Below, piece by piece: positions 25,741 to 37,200 of a stretch of 64,000 nucleotides of DNA; position 1 is the first letter of the stretch; every line of letters begins with the position of its first letter. A program made the position numbers and the translations under genes. The DNA is from Podarcis cretensis (taxonomy: Eukaryota). The DNA is taken from contig OX638158.1 of NCBI GenBank assembly GCA_951804945.1, positions 17,112,001 to 17,176,000 on the forward strand, written 5' to 3'. The notes under the pieces were generated by a model. That model ran no database searches and was not told the origin of the DNA. It saw only the letters and a program-made list of their open reading frames with translations.

Positions 25741-26813
25741 AATCTGCAGGCAACCAGTATTTAGAAAAGGGCAACACCCATCTGTTTTACAGCTACATGC
25801 TGCTGCCTTATTAAGACATACAAGTGACAGTTCAGAGGGAGAATCTTTGGAATGTTCTCACTAACAGAGACCAGAAGAAGCGGCCGGGTCACATGGGCTG
25901 CAAATGAACTATTCACAGACGAAGTGTGCAGTCCTGCCCATTAATTTGCTAGCATAGATTATGGCTGGGGGTGGGGAACTGGAGGGACCTGACATCTTGA
26001 AACAGACATTTTAGTGGCTTCTACAAATATGGACCTCAGCAGAGTGTTGGCTATTTGCATTCAACACAGAGTTGCCACCCAGGCAGATTTTTACTGGGCG
26101 AGCAAATATTTTATCCGCTTCTACCGTTGCCAGAGATAAATGAAGCAAAGCCAAAAATAAATTAAAAAACCCTCAAAAGAGTTGATTTACTAATGCTTCT
26201 TAGTTCACACATCGGGGTGGATTTCGGGCTGTGCAAGCGTGCAATGGGCACTGAGCCCAGGGGGTTGCTGTCTTGAAGCTCGGCAACTGAGGCACTGGGC
26301 TTTGGGATGGAGGCAGAGTCCTAAAGTCCTCTCGCCTCTTTCCCAAAACCTAGTCAGCGCTTTGCTGGCTTCAAGGAGGTGGTAGGACTCCTCTTGAACC
26401 TGTCAGTTCCCTCACGCCTCCTTCCCAAAGTCAGATGCCTCCTTATCTGCCTTTGGGAAGGTAGTGTGAGGTCTGGGGAGCGGCTGCCAAATTTTGGTCT
26501 TGCACGGGCCACCGTAGTACCCAAATCTGTCACTGCACACATTTTGGATGTCGTAGCCCTGCCTGCGTATTGAGGCATTCACTTGGGACGAGGCTGCATT
26601 TGTAGGACAGCCACTGCCTGATGTCTCAACTCAGGCCAGTCCTCTGGAATATCTACAGTGCACCATTACCACCTGAGCAGGTAGGCTGAAGGTGAGGAAC
26701 AGGCCGCAGCTGCTACATCTAAGCAGCCTCTAAACAGGAGGAGAAATGGCTCCTTTGCAAAGGAATGTTATTCAGCAGGGACAGAGAACCCACAGCACTC
26801 CAGATTTCCATTA

Positions 26814-27055
26814 CAGTGGTACCTTGGGTTGCAGACGCTTCAGGTTACAGATGCTTCAGGTTACAAACTCCGCTAGCCCAGAAATGGTACCTTGAGTTAA
26901 GAACTTTGCTTCAGGATGAGAACAGAAATCGTGCTCCGACAGTGTGGCAGCAGCGGAAGGCCCCATTAGCTAAAGTGGTACCTCAGGTTAATAACGTTTT
27001 CAGGTTAAGAACAGACCTCCGGAACGAATTAAGTTCTTAACCTGAAGTACCACTG
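26814..27055 (+). mobile_element. MITE family A
   Basis: TIRs, TA flanks. Confidence 0.9.
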
Positions 27056-27488
27056 TAGCTCCAGCCAGCATGGAGAATACTCAGGGGTGGTGGGACTAGG
27101 GGGTCCAACAAAATTCAGAGCACCCCACTTTCCCCATCTTTGCAGTAGAAGCGTTTTGGCTACGGGAAGGAATTCTGGAAAATTCCATTGGAAACAGGAG
27201 CAGAAATTGCCACAGTCTGCATGTTCGTTTGTGGACAGGATCAGAAGTATGACTTGTATCCACTATCGTTGGAACCAAAACCAAAATGGACAGGATATCA
27301 GCATTTAGCAGGAAGCTTTTTGTTTGCATGAAATATCATTAAAAGCAAATGAGCAATAAATATGATATTTGGCACGAGGTTACTTCCTAAGGTCCTTGGT
27401 TTTTATTAGCACATTTGGCATTAATACAGAACAGAATATATGTCCAATGTGATCATTTTTATTAGTAATCACTTATGCAGATGTTGTA

Positions 27489-27853
27489 GGACGCAGGTGG
27501 CGCTGTGGGTTAAAGCCTCAGCGCCTAGGGCTTGCCGATCGAAAGGTCGGCGGTTCGAATCCCTGCGGCGGGGTGCGCTCCCGCTGCTCGGTCCCAGCGC
27601 CTGCCAACCTAGCAGTTCGAAAGCACCTCCGGGTGCAAGTAGATAAATAGGGACCGCTTACCAGCGGGAAGGTAAACGGCGTTTCCGTGTGCGGCTCTGG
27701 CTCTGGCCAGAGCAGCGATGTCACGCTGGCCACGTGACCCGGAAGTGTCTCCGGACAGCGCTGGCCCCTGGCCTCTTAAGTGAGATGGGCGCACAACCCC
27801 AGAGTCTGTCAAGACTGGCCCGTACGGGCAGGGGTACCTTTACCTTTACCTTT
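27489..27853 (+). mobile_element. Sauria SINE (divergent, CpG-rich subfamily)
   Basis: Intact B box ggttcgaatccc, (ACCTTT)n tail, TSD ttatgcagatgtt at 27473-27485 / 27854-27866. Confidence 0.9.
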
Positions 27854-28344
27854 TTATGCAGATGTTACAAACATTTATGTACAGACCTAAGCAAACGCCC
27901 ATCCTTGTACTAAATGCAGGTAAGCCTAAGTATTTATGGCGTGCTCTTCCTAGGGAGGCTGCGTGTCACCAACCTTGGCATTGCTTCCAAGTCAGGCAAG
28001 GATTTTTGCTTTCCCAGGCTTTTGGACAGCAATGATATTATATTATATTGTTAGATCTTCTTCTGTAATTTCATTTTTTTTGTAAACAATAATAATAATA
28101 ATAATTACATGCTTATAAGTTACTTTATATTTTTTTACTGGGAAGTGATATGTAAATTCAACAAACATAAACCTACAAGTAAAATAAATGTGCTAAAACA
28201 GATCACTCCAATGCAAACTGATTTTTTTCCTATGCAAAGTTCGCCAAATGAAACCAAAACTTTCCCAGAAACACCACATACCTTTTGATAGTTTTTGCAT
28301 TATTTAGAGTTATATTGGGCCCAACTCACATAATTTAAACACTT

Positions 28345-28345
<1 letters not shown>

Positions 28346-28388
<43 letters not shown>

Positions 28389-28881
28389 TTATTATTTATA
28401 TCCCGCCCATCTGGCTGGGCCTCCCCAGCCACTCTGGGCGGCTTCCATAGAAACCAAAAATACAGTAAAATCACACGTTAAAAACTTCCCTAAACAGGGC
28501 TGCCTTAAGATGTCTTCTGAATGTCAGGTAGTTGTTTATCGCTTTGACATCTGCTGGAAGGGCGTTCCACTGCAGGCGCCACTACCGAGAAGGCCCTCTG
28601 CCTGGTTCCCTGTAGCTTTGCTTCTCGCAATGAGGGAACTGCCAGAAGACCCTCAGCGTCCGGGCAGAACAATGGGGGTGTAGACGCTCCTTCAGATATA
28701 CTGGACCGAGGCCGTTTAGGGCTTTAAAGGTCAGCACCAACACTTTGAATTGTGCTCGGAAACGTACTGGGAGCCAATGTAGGTCTTTCAAGACCGGTGT
28801 TATATGGTCTCAGCGGCCGCCCCCAGCCCCCAGTCTAGCTGCCGCATTCTGGATTAGTTGTAGTTTCCGAGTCACCTTCAA
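28346..28881 (-). mobile_element. L2 LINE 3' fragment with (AAT)n tail
   Basis: ORF 28582-28791 KDLHWLPVRFRAQFKVLVLTFKALNGLGP is the typical L2 ORF2 C-terminus. Confidence 0.9.
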
Positions 28882-28884
28882 TGG

Positions 28885-29201
28885 TTGCTGCCATGGCTGT
28901 CAGTGGCTATTGTGTGTCTTATTGGTTTCTGCGTCAATGGGTGGTGTTGATTGGCTGACGCTGCAGCAATTGGGCGGGCAATTGGCAGCTTCTGCTGGCG
29001 AGGGGATTTAGCTGCACGTGCAGGTGAGCGATTGTTGGCATTCCCTCCCCCCCCCTCAAAAAAAGCTCAACAACTCTGGGCAATCCTCCCCCGGAAAAGC
29101 TCAACAGGTTTGTGCCATCTCCCCCCATTTTCTTAAATTTGAGTCCCCCAAAATAGGAGGCGTCTTATACATGGGGGCGTGTTATACACGGAGAAATACG
29201 G
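28885..29201. mobile_element. One end of a Tc1/mariner (Tc2/pogo-like) DNA transposon
   Basis: Ends ggcgtcttatacatgggggcgtgttatacacggagaaatacgg|TA; other end not found. Confidence 0.5.
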
Positions 29202-29762
29202 TAATTGGCTTTTTTGGGATACTCACCCCTCAATAGGGCTGGATTTGGTCCCAACATCTCCAGCTGCTGAATATTCGGCTACAAGAAGCAGCTGAGATAA
29301 CAAAACTTGGTTTGTTTGTGGAAGGGCCTCTTTGCTTACAGATACGGAGATTCCTTTTAGGAACATTTGGATTAGCCATGTCGCCGCATCTGCAGCATTT
29401 GCAGCCCCTATGTTTGCAAACAAAGCCATCCCCACGAAGATTTGAAATGCTACACAAATTACACAGCGTTTGGCCATAATAAGGGATTGTATGCCAAACC
29501 CCAACCCATAGTTGCACGCACATAACCACATTGCCTTCATTGAGATTTCACGCACAAAAACCAAGAGTGGAGTCTTACCAAGCGCGCTCTCTGTTTTTGT
29601 CTCCGTTTGCTGCCACAGAGCAGTAGCCATTGAAAAATGATAGCAAAGTCTTTTGCAGACAGACTTAAGAAAGATTGTCTTCCCTATCTCATGACTAGCA
29701 GCTCCCATAAGAGATGCCAGCCTTCATTTTAAAAGGCAGCAACTTAGGCCCCATCTGCACTA

Positions 29763-29988
29763 CAGTGGGACCTCGGGTTAAGAACTTAATTCGTTCTGGA
29801 GATCCGTTCTTAACCTGAAACTGTTCTTAACCTGAAGCACCAATTTAGCTAATGGGGCCTCCTGCTGCTGCTGTGCCGCTGCTGCACGATTTCTGTTGTC
29901 ATCCTGAAGCTAAGTTCTTAACCTGAGGTAATATTTCTGGGTTAGCAGAGTCTGTAACCTGAAGCATCTGTAACCTGAGGTACCACTG
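29763..29988 (-). mobile_element. MITE family A (first of adjacent pair)
   Basis: TIRs, TA flanks. Confidence 0.9.
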
Positions 29989-30006
29989 TATACATTTAAA
30001 GCAGTA

Positions 30007-30249
30007 CAGTGGTACCTCTGGTTATATACTTAATTCGTTCTGGAGGTCCGTTCTTAACCTGAAACTGTTCTTAACCTGAGATACCACCTTAGCTAATGGG
30101 GCCTGCTGCTGCTGCTGAGCCACCGGAGCATGATTTCTGTTCTCATCCTGAAGCAAAGTTCTTAACCCAAGGTAATATTTCTGGGTTAGTGGAGTCTGTA
30201 ACCTGAAGTGTATGTAACCTGAAAGCGTATGTAACCCAAGGTACCACTG
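30007..30249 (-). mobile_element. MITE family A (second of adjacent pair)
   Basis: TIRs, TA flanks; 18 bp from the previous copy. Confidence 0.9.
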
Positions 30250-32088
30250 TATACTACTTTAAAACAGCTGAGGCTTCCTCCAAGGTATGCTGGAAATTGC
30301 AGTTTGTTTTGAGTGCTGTGAGTTTTAAGGAGACCCCAATTCCCCACAAAGATCTACAGTTTTTAATAATCAACCCTTCTTCCCCATGGGACACTGTGTT
30401 CTCCCCACAACAAGTTACAATGTAAAAGCTGTAGGTTTTAGTACATTTGCCTGCAATTTTGGAACAATACTCTGATATGATCACATTAAGCAAAATCTGC
30501 TACCAAAACATTTACTTAAATTCCTTTGAATTGCATACAGTTCTTTGACATGAATTCCAATCTATGTTATTATATAGACAGGGGAACTGCTGAAGAAAGC
30601 TATTGTATCTATTGTTTTGTTGTTGTTATTTGCTTTTTTCTTTTTAATGACACCATAGTCTTCCCTTAGGAAAATTACAGTATTTCATTATTAGCCCAAA
30701 GCAGTTTTGATGTATTCTTCTATACCCTGTGAATATAGAAAATAAGACTCACAACGCAGCACACCAAAGTTTCTATGTAGGAAACAAAATAATTTACAAA
30801 CATCAGATATGTCTACCATCTATGAAGTGTGAGATACCCTCAGAATTTAAAAGGGAATGAATATAAGGTTTTAAGAAACTTCAGTATCTTCAGAATAACG
30901 AAGGAGAGTCACCCCACAAGCACATAGGTGCAAGAACACCAGTCTCCCTGGGTCCTTGGACTTTTAGCCCGGAGGAAAATAGCTTCAAAAAGTAGCTTTT
31001 TAAGAGAGTGTAAATATTTTCTTAAATAGTTACACTACTTACACTCACTTAAAGGTCTCTTTACACTGCTGTTGTAAATCAGCAGATGAAAATTAAGGTC
31101 ATAAACAACAAAGTCCTTTAATGAAAATGCCTTTTTCAGCTATAACAGCAGCATTGGGAGCCCCCAGCTGTAACATGGAAAATAAATCTCATAGCTGTAA
31201 AGTTGTGTGGTTTACATATGCCCTGAGGAGGCTCTTGCAAAGACATTTCATTCTGAGTCGTTCTCTTGTTTTGACCCCTCAGGGAGGGACACAGCTCAAT
31301 AGCAAAGGCCGTAATTTGCACGAATAAGGTCCTAGGTTCAGTCCTGGACATCTTCACTTACACGAGGGTAAAGAACTCTATAGGAGACCCCAATGAACTG
31401 CTGTTCAGTCAGAATAGACAATATTGGACTAGATGGACAATACTGGAGGAAGGGTCATGCCCCAGTGATGGACCCCAAGCTTTGCGTACAGATGGGAATT
31501 CATACTAAGACCATTGTCTTCAGGTAGACCTTCATCTGGATCCCTGGAGAACTATGCCTATCAGTGTAGATTTAAAAAGTGCAATGGATATGAATACCTG
31601 CTGTTTATGCCCTCCTATGCTCTAACTGTATGTATAAAGCAAAAATTACCAAGTCTCCCAGGTTCTCTTGGGCAATGGAAACCAAAATCTCTGGCTCTCC
31701 ATAGGGTTGCCATATTTCAAAAGGTGAAAATCTGGCTTTTGACTTGCATCCTGTGCGGAGGCAATCCGAGGTGTCAAGGCTGCAGTGCCCTCCTTTGCTC
31801 CAGAGCTGCCCAACACGCTGCTGGCACATGCAGGGCGTCGGTGACCACGGGTTTCCAGAGCCTCCAGCGGTTTGGGGAGGCAGGGGGCACCATTTCCAGC
31901 CAATCACAGGCCTCTGCGCTTCTCCCCGAGTTGCCTCGCTGTGCTTCCCGCCAGGTGCGTGGCCAAGTCTGGCGCACAGCAGGCATCACGTCCTCTCTGG
32001 CAAAGCGCACTGTGCAGCGCACCGGACACAGGAAGGGCAGCCTGGGTGCTCTCAGTGGCCCCACAAGGAGGATCAATGGGCCTCTCAG

Positions 32089-32558
32089 CAGCGGCAAAGC
32101 GTGGGTTGTCAGCACCCGGGGCAAGGCAAGTAATTTGCGCCCCCTAACCTGGGGCAAGGCAAGTAATTTGCGCCCCCTAACCTGGGGCAAGGCAAGTAAT
32201 TTGCGCCCCTAACCCCTAACCTGCCGCCGCTGCCAGCTTCTTCTTGCTGCTGCCTGGGCTGGTCGGGTGTGGTTCTCTCCCGCGCTCAGCGCTGCACTGG
32301 GCGGCCGCTGCACTGTCCCTCCCCCAGATAGTCCCTCCCTCGCTCTCTCTCCGCTCCGCACCGCAACGCACACCTGGCACCCTCCCCCTCCACAGTGGGC
32401 GGCGACCCGGCAGCTCGGATCAGATTCGCACAGCCAGCACTGCAGTGAGAGAGAGTGAGTGAGCCAGGTAGGGGCAGAGAGCTGCGAGTGCGAGCGCGCC
32501 CCCCCAATGTTGCACCCGGTGCGGCTGGCCCCCCCTGCACCCCCACGTTACGCCACTG
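32089..32558 (-). mobile_element. hAT MITE, longer member of the 63561 family
   Basis: Shares both termini with 63561-63699; perfect 8-bp TSD cctctcag. Confidence 0.85.
32118..32215. repeat. 33-bp tandem repeat x3 within hAT MITE
   Basis: ggggcaaggcaagtaatttgcgccccctaacct starts at 32118, 32151 and 32184. Confidence 0.95.
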
Positions 32559-32962
32559 CCTCTCAGGCTGTCTGCTCCTGGGCCAGTGAGACAGCCAGCA
32601 AGGAAGGCCCATCTGCCATTTGCTTCCTTTTCTGCCTCCCTTTTGCTGCTGCATCTGTGACTGGAGCTGTTGGGAAGGCTGCACTGGGTTGCCATACGTC
32701 TGGGTTTTCCCGGACATTTTACCACTTAACAGAAATTTTCCCCAGATGCAATTTCTGAGGGCCCAATCCCAGATATGTCTGGGGAAACCCGGGTGCATGG
32801 CAGCCCTAGCTCTATAGCACCTCATTGCTCAGGAAAGTTGGGAGAGCAGGAGAACGTGCTAAAGAAAAGCCCATTTTACTCTTCTAGTTTTTGGGATTTG
32901 GTTTTGTTCAAAAGACAAAAACACAAAGACACTTCTTTTTAAAAAGCACTAAGCAACAACAC

Positions 32963-33306
32963 GGGATGCAGGTGGTGCTGTGGGTTAAACCACAGGGCCT
33001 AGGGCTTGCCAAGGTCGGCAGTTTGAATCCCCGCAATGGAGTGAGCTCCCGTTGCTCGGTCCCTGCTCTTGCCAACTTAGCAGTTCGAAAGCATGTCAAA
33101 GTGCAAGTAGATAAATAGGTACCGCTCTGACGGGAAGGTAAACAGCGTTTCTGTGCGCTGCTCTGGTTTGCCAGAAGTGGCTTAGTCATGTTGGCCACAT
33201 GACCCAGAAGCTGTACGCTGGCTCCCTCAGCCAATAAAGCGAGATGAGTGCCGCAACCCCAGTGTCGGTCACGACTGGACCTAATGGTCAGGGGTCCCTT
33301 TACCTT
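32963..33306 (+). mobile_element. Sauria SINE
   Basis: Same family as 6508; perfect TSD taagcaacaacac at 32950-32962 / 33307-33319. Confidence 0.9.
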
Positions 33307-33552
33307 TAAGCAACAACACAGTCCTCAAACCAGCATTAATATTTCTGAAAGTCCAGCACAGCACAATATTTCCTCAATCCATCCCACCACAAAATGGTGG
33401 TTAACCATAGAGGATCCAGTAAGCCCAAGTTCAAGCTATGCTTCATACCCATAACTTCAGTTGGGAAGGCCAGTTTTATTCATTTATATTTATTTCAATG
33501 ACTATTTCAGGCTGGAGCACAACTTACTAACAGTTATAACACACATACTAAA

Positions 33553-33777
33553 AGTCAAAACAAAATAAAAGAAAAAAAATCCTTCCAGTAGCACCTTAAA
33601 GACCAACTAAGTTAGTTCTAGGTATGAGCTTTCGTGTGCATGCACACTTCTTCAGATACACACGAAAGCTCATACCTAGAACTAACTTAGTTGGTCTTTA
33701 AGGTGCTACTAGAAGGATTTTTTTTTCTTTTATTTTGTTTTGACTATGGCAGACCAACACGGCTACCTACCTGTAAC
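33553..33777. mobile_element. Penelope-like element remnant with inverted duplication (hairpin)
   Basis: Arms 33553-33638 and 33659-33745 are reverse complements (1 mismatch, 1 indel). 3' tail ggcagaccaacacggctacctacctgtaac. Flanked by direct repeat acatactaaaag (33543-33554 / 33776-33787). Confidence 0.75.
33622..33659 (-). ncRNA. Minimal type I hammerhead ribozyme (Penelope-associated), sense to CALD1 pre-mRNA
   Basis: Minus strand: GTAT-CTGAAGA-A-GTGTG CATG CACAC-GAAA-GC-TC-ATAC. Core CUGANGA/GAAA/UH, helix I GTAT:ATAC, helix II GTGTG:CACAC, palindromic AGCT helix III. Confidence 0.75.
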
Positions 33778-33817
33778 ATACTAAAAGGTAAGAGCAGAAA
33801 AACATGATCTATCAATA

Positions 33818-34236
33818 GTAGGGATGGGGGAGGAATTTGGTTCAGTTTCTATTGAAAGATGATTCTACAGTCCCTAATACACACTTTCTGAAACAATACA
33901 AAGAACTGAAACACAGCCATCCTTTGAAAGTCTCACTTCTGCCATTACAGTCCTCCAGCTGAGTAATGTTTACAAAAATGCATATATTAGAGTGCAAAAA
34001 TATGACATTTTAGTGAAAGTAGCATACACAAATGTGTTTTATTAGGGAAGACCGCTTTGCCAAAATGTGTCCATGAGGAGAAATTTGCTCTAAAATGCTG
34101 GAGAATATTCATGAGGATCTCCTTTTAAATGCAAGCTAATGTGGAGAATTAAACTGAAGGCTCAAAAAATGAGAAGTTGAAATTAAGCAAAAAAACAAAA
34201 AACAAAACAAAACCCTGACAAAATCACCCACTCCTA
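33818..34236 (+). repeat. Old AT-rich interspersed repeat (probable DNA transposon derivative)
   Basis: Termini tagggatggg / cccactccta; similar sequence at ~6107-6300, ~15060-15750, ~18380-19150, ~42690-43000, ~50620-51170, ~59700-59970. Confidence 0.5.
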
Positions 34237-37200
34237 ATCAATAGGAAGAAACCAGCAGGCAAGTCATAACCAAACAGTCCCAAGAGACCATCCCAAATGC
34301 TTATAGAAAGAGGTTTTATTTTAGCACCAAAAAGTAACCTCCATTGGCATTACGTAATCAGGCTGCTGCAGTGCAGAAGACCTGTCTCACATGATGTATA
34401 GCTCCCAAAAGGGTGATGTCAAGGAGTGCCCTGCTCCCCAAGGTGGGTCTTAAAGGTCAGGCACGGCAATATGGGGGAAAGACATTCCTCCAAGTAGCCA
34501 AATCTTAAACCACTCAGAGCATTGTAAGTCACATCTAGTGCCTTGAAACCAGGCCAGAGAACAATGGCAGCCAGTGGGCTTATTTGAGGACTAGTGTTAT
34601 GTGGCTCCTATAAGATGTTCTACCCAGCATATTTGCCACCACATTATGCAGCAAGTTGCAGCCTCCATGTCTTGTTTAAGGATTGTAGTCGCCCAGTCGA
34701 TAGCTTAGTCATGGATGACTGAGGTCAAGCTATCCCTGTCTGGGAATGGCTGAAGCTGGTCCAAAGACTCCATGACCAAGGCCACTTGGGCCTTCAGCAA
34801 CAAAGATGAATCTAGGAGTTCTCCTAGACAATGTACCTAGGATGAAATCCTCCAACCCATAGAGCCTCCATATAGAGAAAGAGATTGTTCCTTGCTGTTT
34901 TAAACAGCCACCCTAGCGAGATGCCCACTTCCACAGACTGTTACCCAGACAGCCATCTTGGATGTTGGCCACATGTATAGAGAAGAATTCAAAACGCCCA
35001 TGAGCTTGCCCCCAGTCCGTGCCAAATCAGGAAACGTTAGCTGGATATATGAGGGAGGGGAGAGGGAAATACTGATACCAGTATAATTCAAGCCAGATCT
35101 GAATGGTGCAAGTGTTCAATGAATCCCTAGAGTGTTTTAAAACCTGGAAATACTGTGGGTTTCAGGCCTTTTGTTTAATTAGTTACAATAGCACAGCTAA
35201 TCAATCTTCAATCAGTTGATGGATTTAACATATACATTTCCCCATCTATACGCCATTTCAGGTCACAGACTTCATGCTTGACTTCTCCACAGATATATTC
35301 CTTGGAAGGCTCAGCAAACTTCTTTCAGACGTTTTGCAGAAATGCAAACAGAATGCACTTTTTAAACCTCTAACCTAAATTGTTACTTTACTTTATTTCT
35401 AAAGCTCCCATCTAAAGAATATTGTATAACTAGGCATTGCAGGACAAATAGGGCTACCACCACTGCAATGTGGTTACCTCCAGAACAGCGTAAGGATGCA
35501 GTGGCCTTCCAAATGTCATTGGACTACTACTCTCATCATCCCTGACCACTGGCCATGCTGGCTTGGACTTATGGGAGTTGGAGTTCAGCCACATTTGGAG
35601 CGTCACGGTTTCCTCCACTCCCTGGTGTAGAGCAGAGCACAACATCTGGTGTGGCATAGTGTATCTCCTCTCCACAGTCAGTCAGTGAGGTGAGACAAGA
35701 GCAGAGACACCACGAGGTCATGTCATGCAGTTGTGTTATATCCCATATTACCATGGAGATGGGGTGAAAATGTGACAGTAACATTAGGAAAGATGTTCTA
35801 GCCCAGCTGTACCAGAAAGAAGCTGAACCCAGAATGCTGCTCCACTTCCCCAGCCCAACTGGCGGCTGTGAAAATGGGATGGATCTCCCACCCAGCCAAT
35901 TTCTAGGTAGGGTGGGCAAATTTTTCCCACATTGCCAGAGGCAAGGGGCTTACTGGGAACAAGTAGCAGCTCCCCACCCTCTTCATTTCATTGTTAAAAA
36001 TTCAGTGTAAACAGCAGGAGTAATTTTTTTCTCTCAGCGGCCTAAAGGGCTGCCATGTTCTCCCATAATGCCTCACTTCAAACAATGCTATGCCCTGACA
36101 TATCATCACCCCAGGGGCATTTCTCTCAAATGTTTTCCCAATAGTGAAAATTCTGCTGATTTTAAAGCAGTATAGAAACTCACAAAACTCTGCCCACAGA
36201 CCTGTAGGGGGGTGAATGCACACATGTCGTAGGGGGCAACAGTGTCCCATCAAGCCACCTTCAATAACTGGGGTTAGGGAGAACCAGCTCAATACTGGAA
36301 GCAAGGTCAATGTCAAGGTAGACATGGTTGGGCACTAGCTGAGTCCCACCCTATAGCCAGCGCCCCACTCCTTGGAGCCTCCCAACCTCCTTGCTTGGTG
36401 TGGCTTCCAGTTCACATGCCATCTCAGAAGAACTGAGGAGAGCAAGGAGAAGCAACAGTAGTCTCCAAAGGCTTTGTCCTCTCTCTCTGGGAGGTGGTGC
36501 CAACTGGGTCCAGAGGGAGAGGCAATGGCAACAGCAGTGTGCCTGCTCAGAGTGGGAAACCCAACCCACAGAGATCATCTGGCCCAAGAACCTTCCCCAA
36601 AGTAGCTGAGAGTTTCTGTGCACCCTCCATTTGCATTCACACACAAGCTGGCCTAAATGAGGAGTCAGCAATCTCATATATATGAACAGTGGAATGGGCA
36701 GCTTTTCAAAACAGCTCCTTACATTGAAAATCCCTGGACACCAAATCTTCTTCGACAAGTCTCATATTCTGAACTGAATGAGGATGAAAGGCAAACTGCT
36801 TTTGCTCCACCCACTTGGCTTATTCCCATGCCAACTAAAACATGTGAAAATGCATATCCTCCAACAGTTTGAAGCCAATATCTGGGACACCAACTTCCTG
36901 GTTTTTATCACTAGAACACGGCAGCCATTTTGGTTGCTGTGATCTTGCATGATTTCGCGCCATGGTTCCCCCCCCCCAAAAAAAAAGCACTTATCAGGGC
37001 TTCATGGCCAGAAACACCCATTTTGGGGTGCCGCACGAGATTGCAGCCCTGAAAAAAGCGCTTCTTCCGGGGGGGGGGGGGGACACACAAAACGGCAACC
37101 AAAATGGCTGCCTTCTCTCACAATAAAAAAATTTGAAAGTATGCAAATAACTTCACTAAGCTCTCTTTCACAGAACTAATAACAGCAGTCGGTTGGGGGG

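Larger units (their letters stand above)
31702..32808. mobile_element. GC-rich non-autonomous hAT element hosting the 32089 MITE
   Basis: TIR tagggttgccat / atggcagcccta; degenerate 8-bp TSD gctctcca / gctctata. Confidence 0.6.

Noticed and set aside
32118-32215. CRISPR-like array (33-bp repeats; also the 40-bp repeats in the LTRs)
   Set aside because: The repeats are head-to-tail without unique spacers, in a vertebrate context with no cas genes.
31514-32825. 232-aa and 179-aa ORFs
   Set aside because: They span several nested TEs and a tandem repeat; no protein family similarity recognised.
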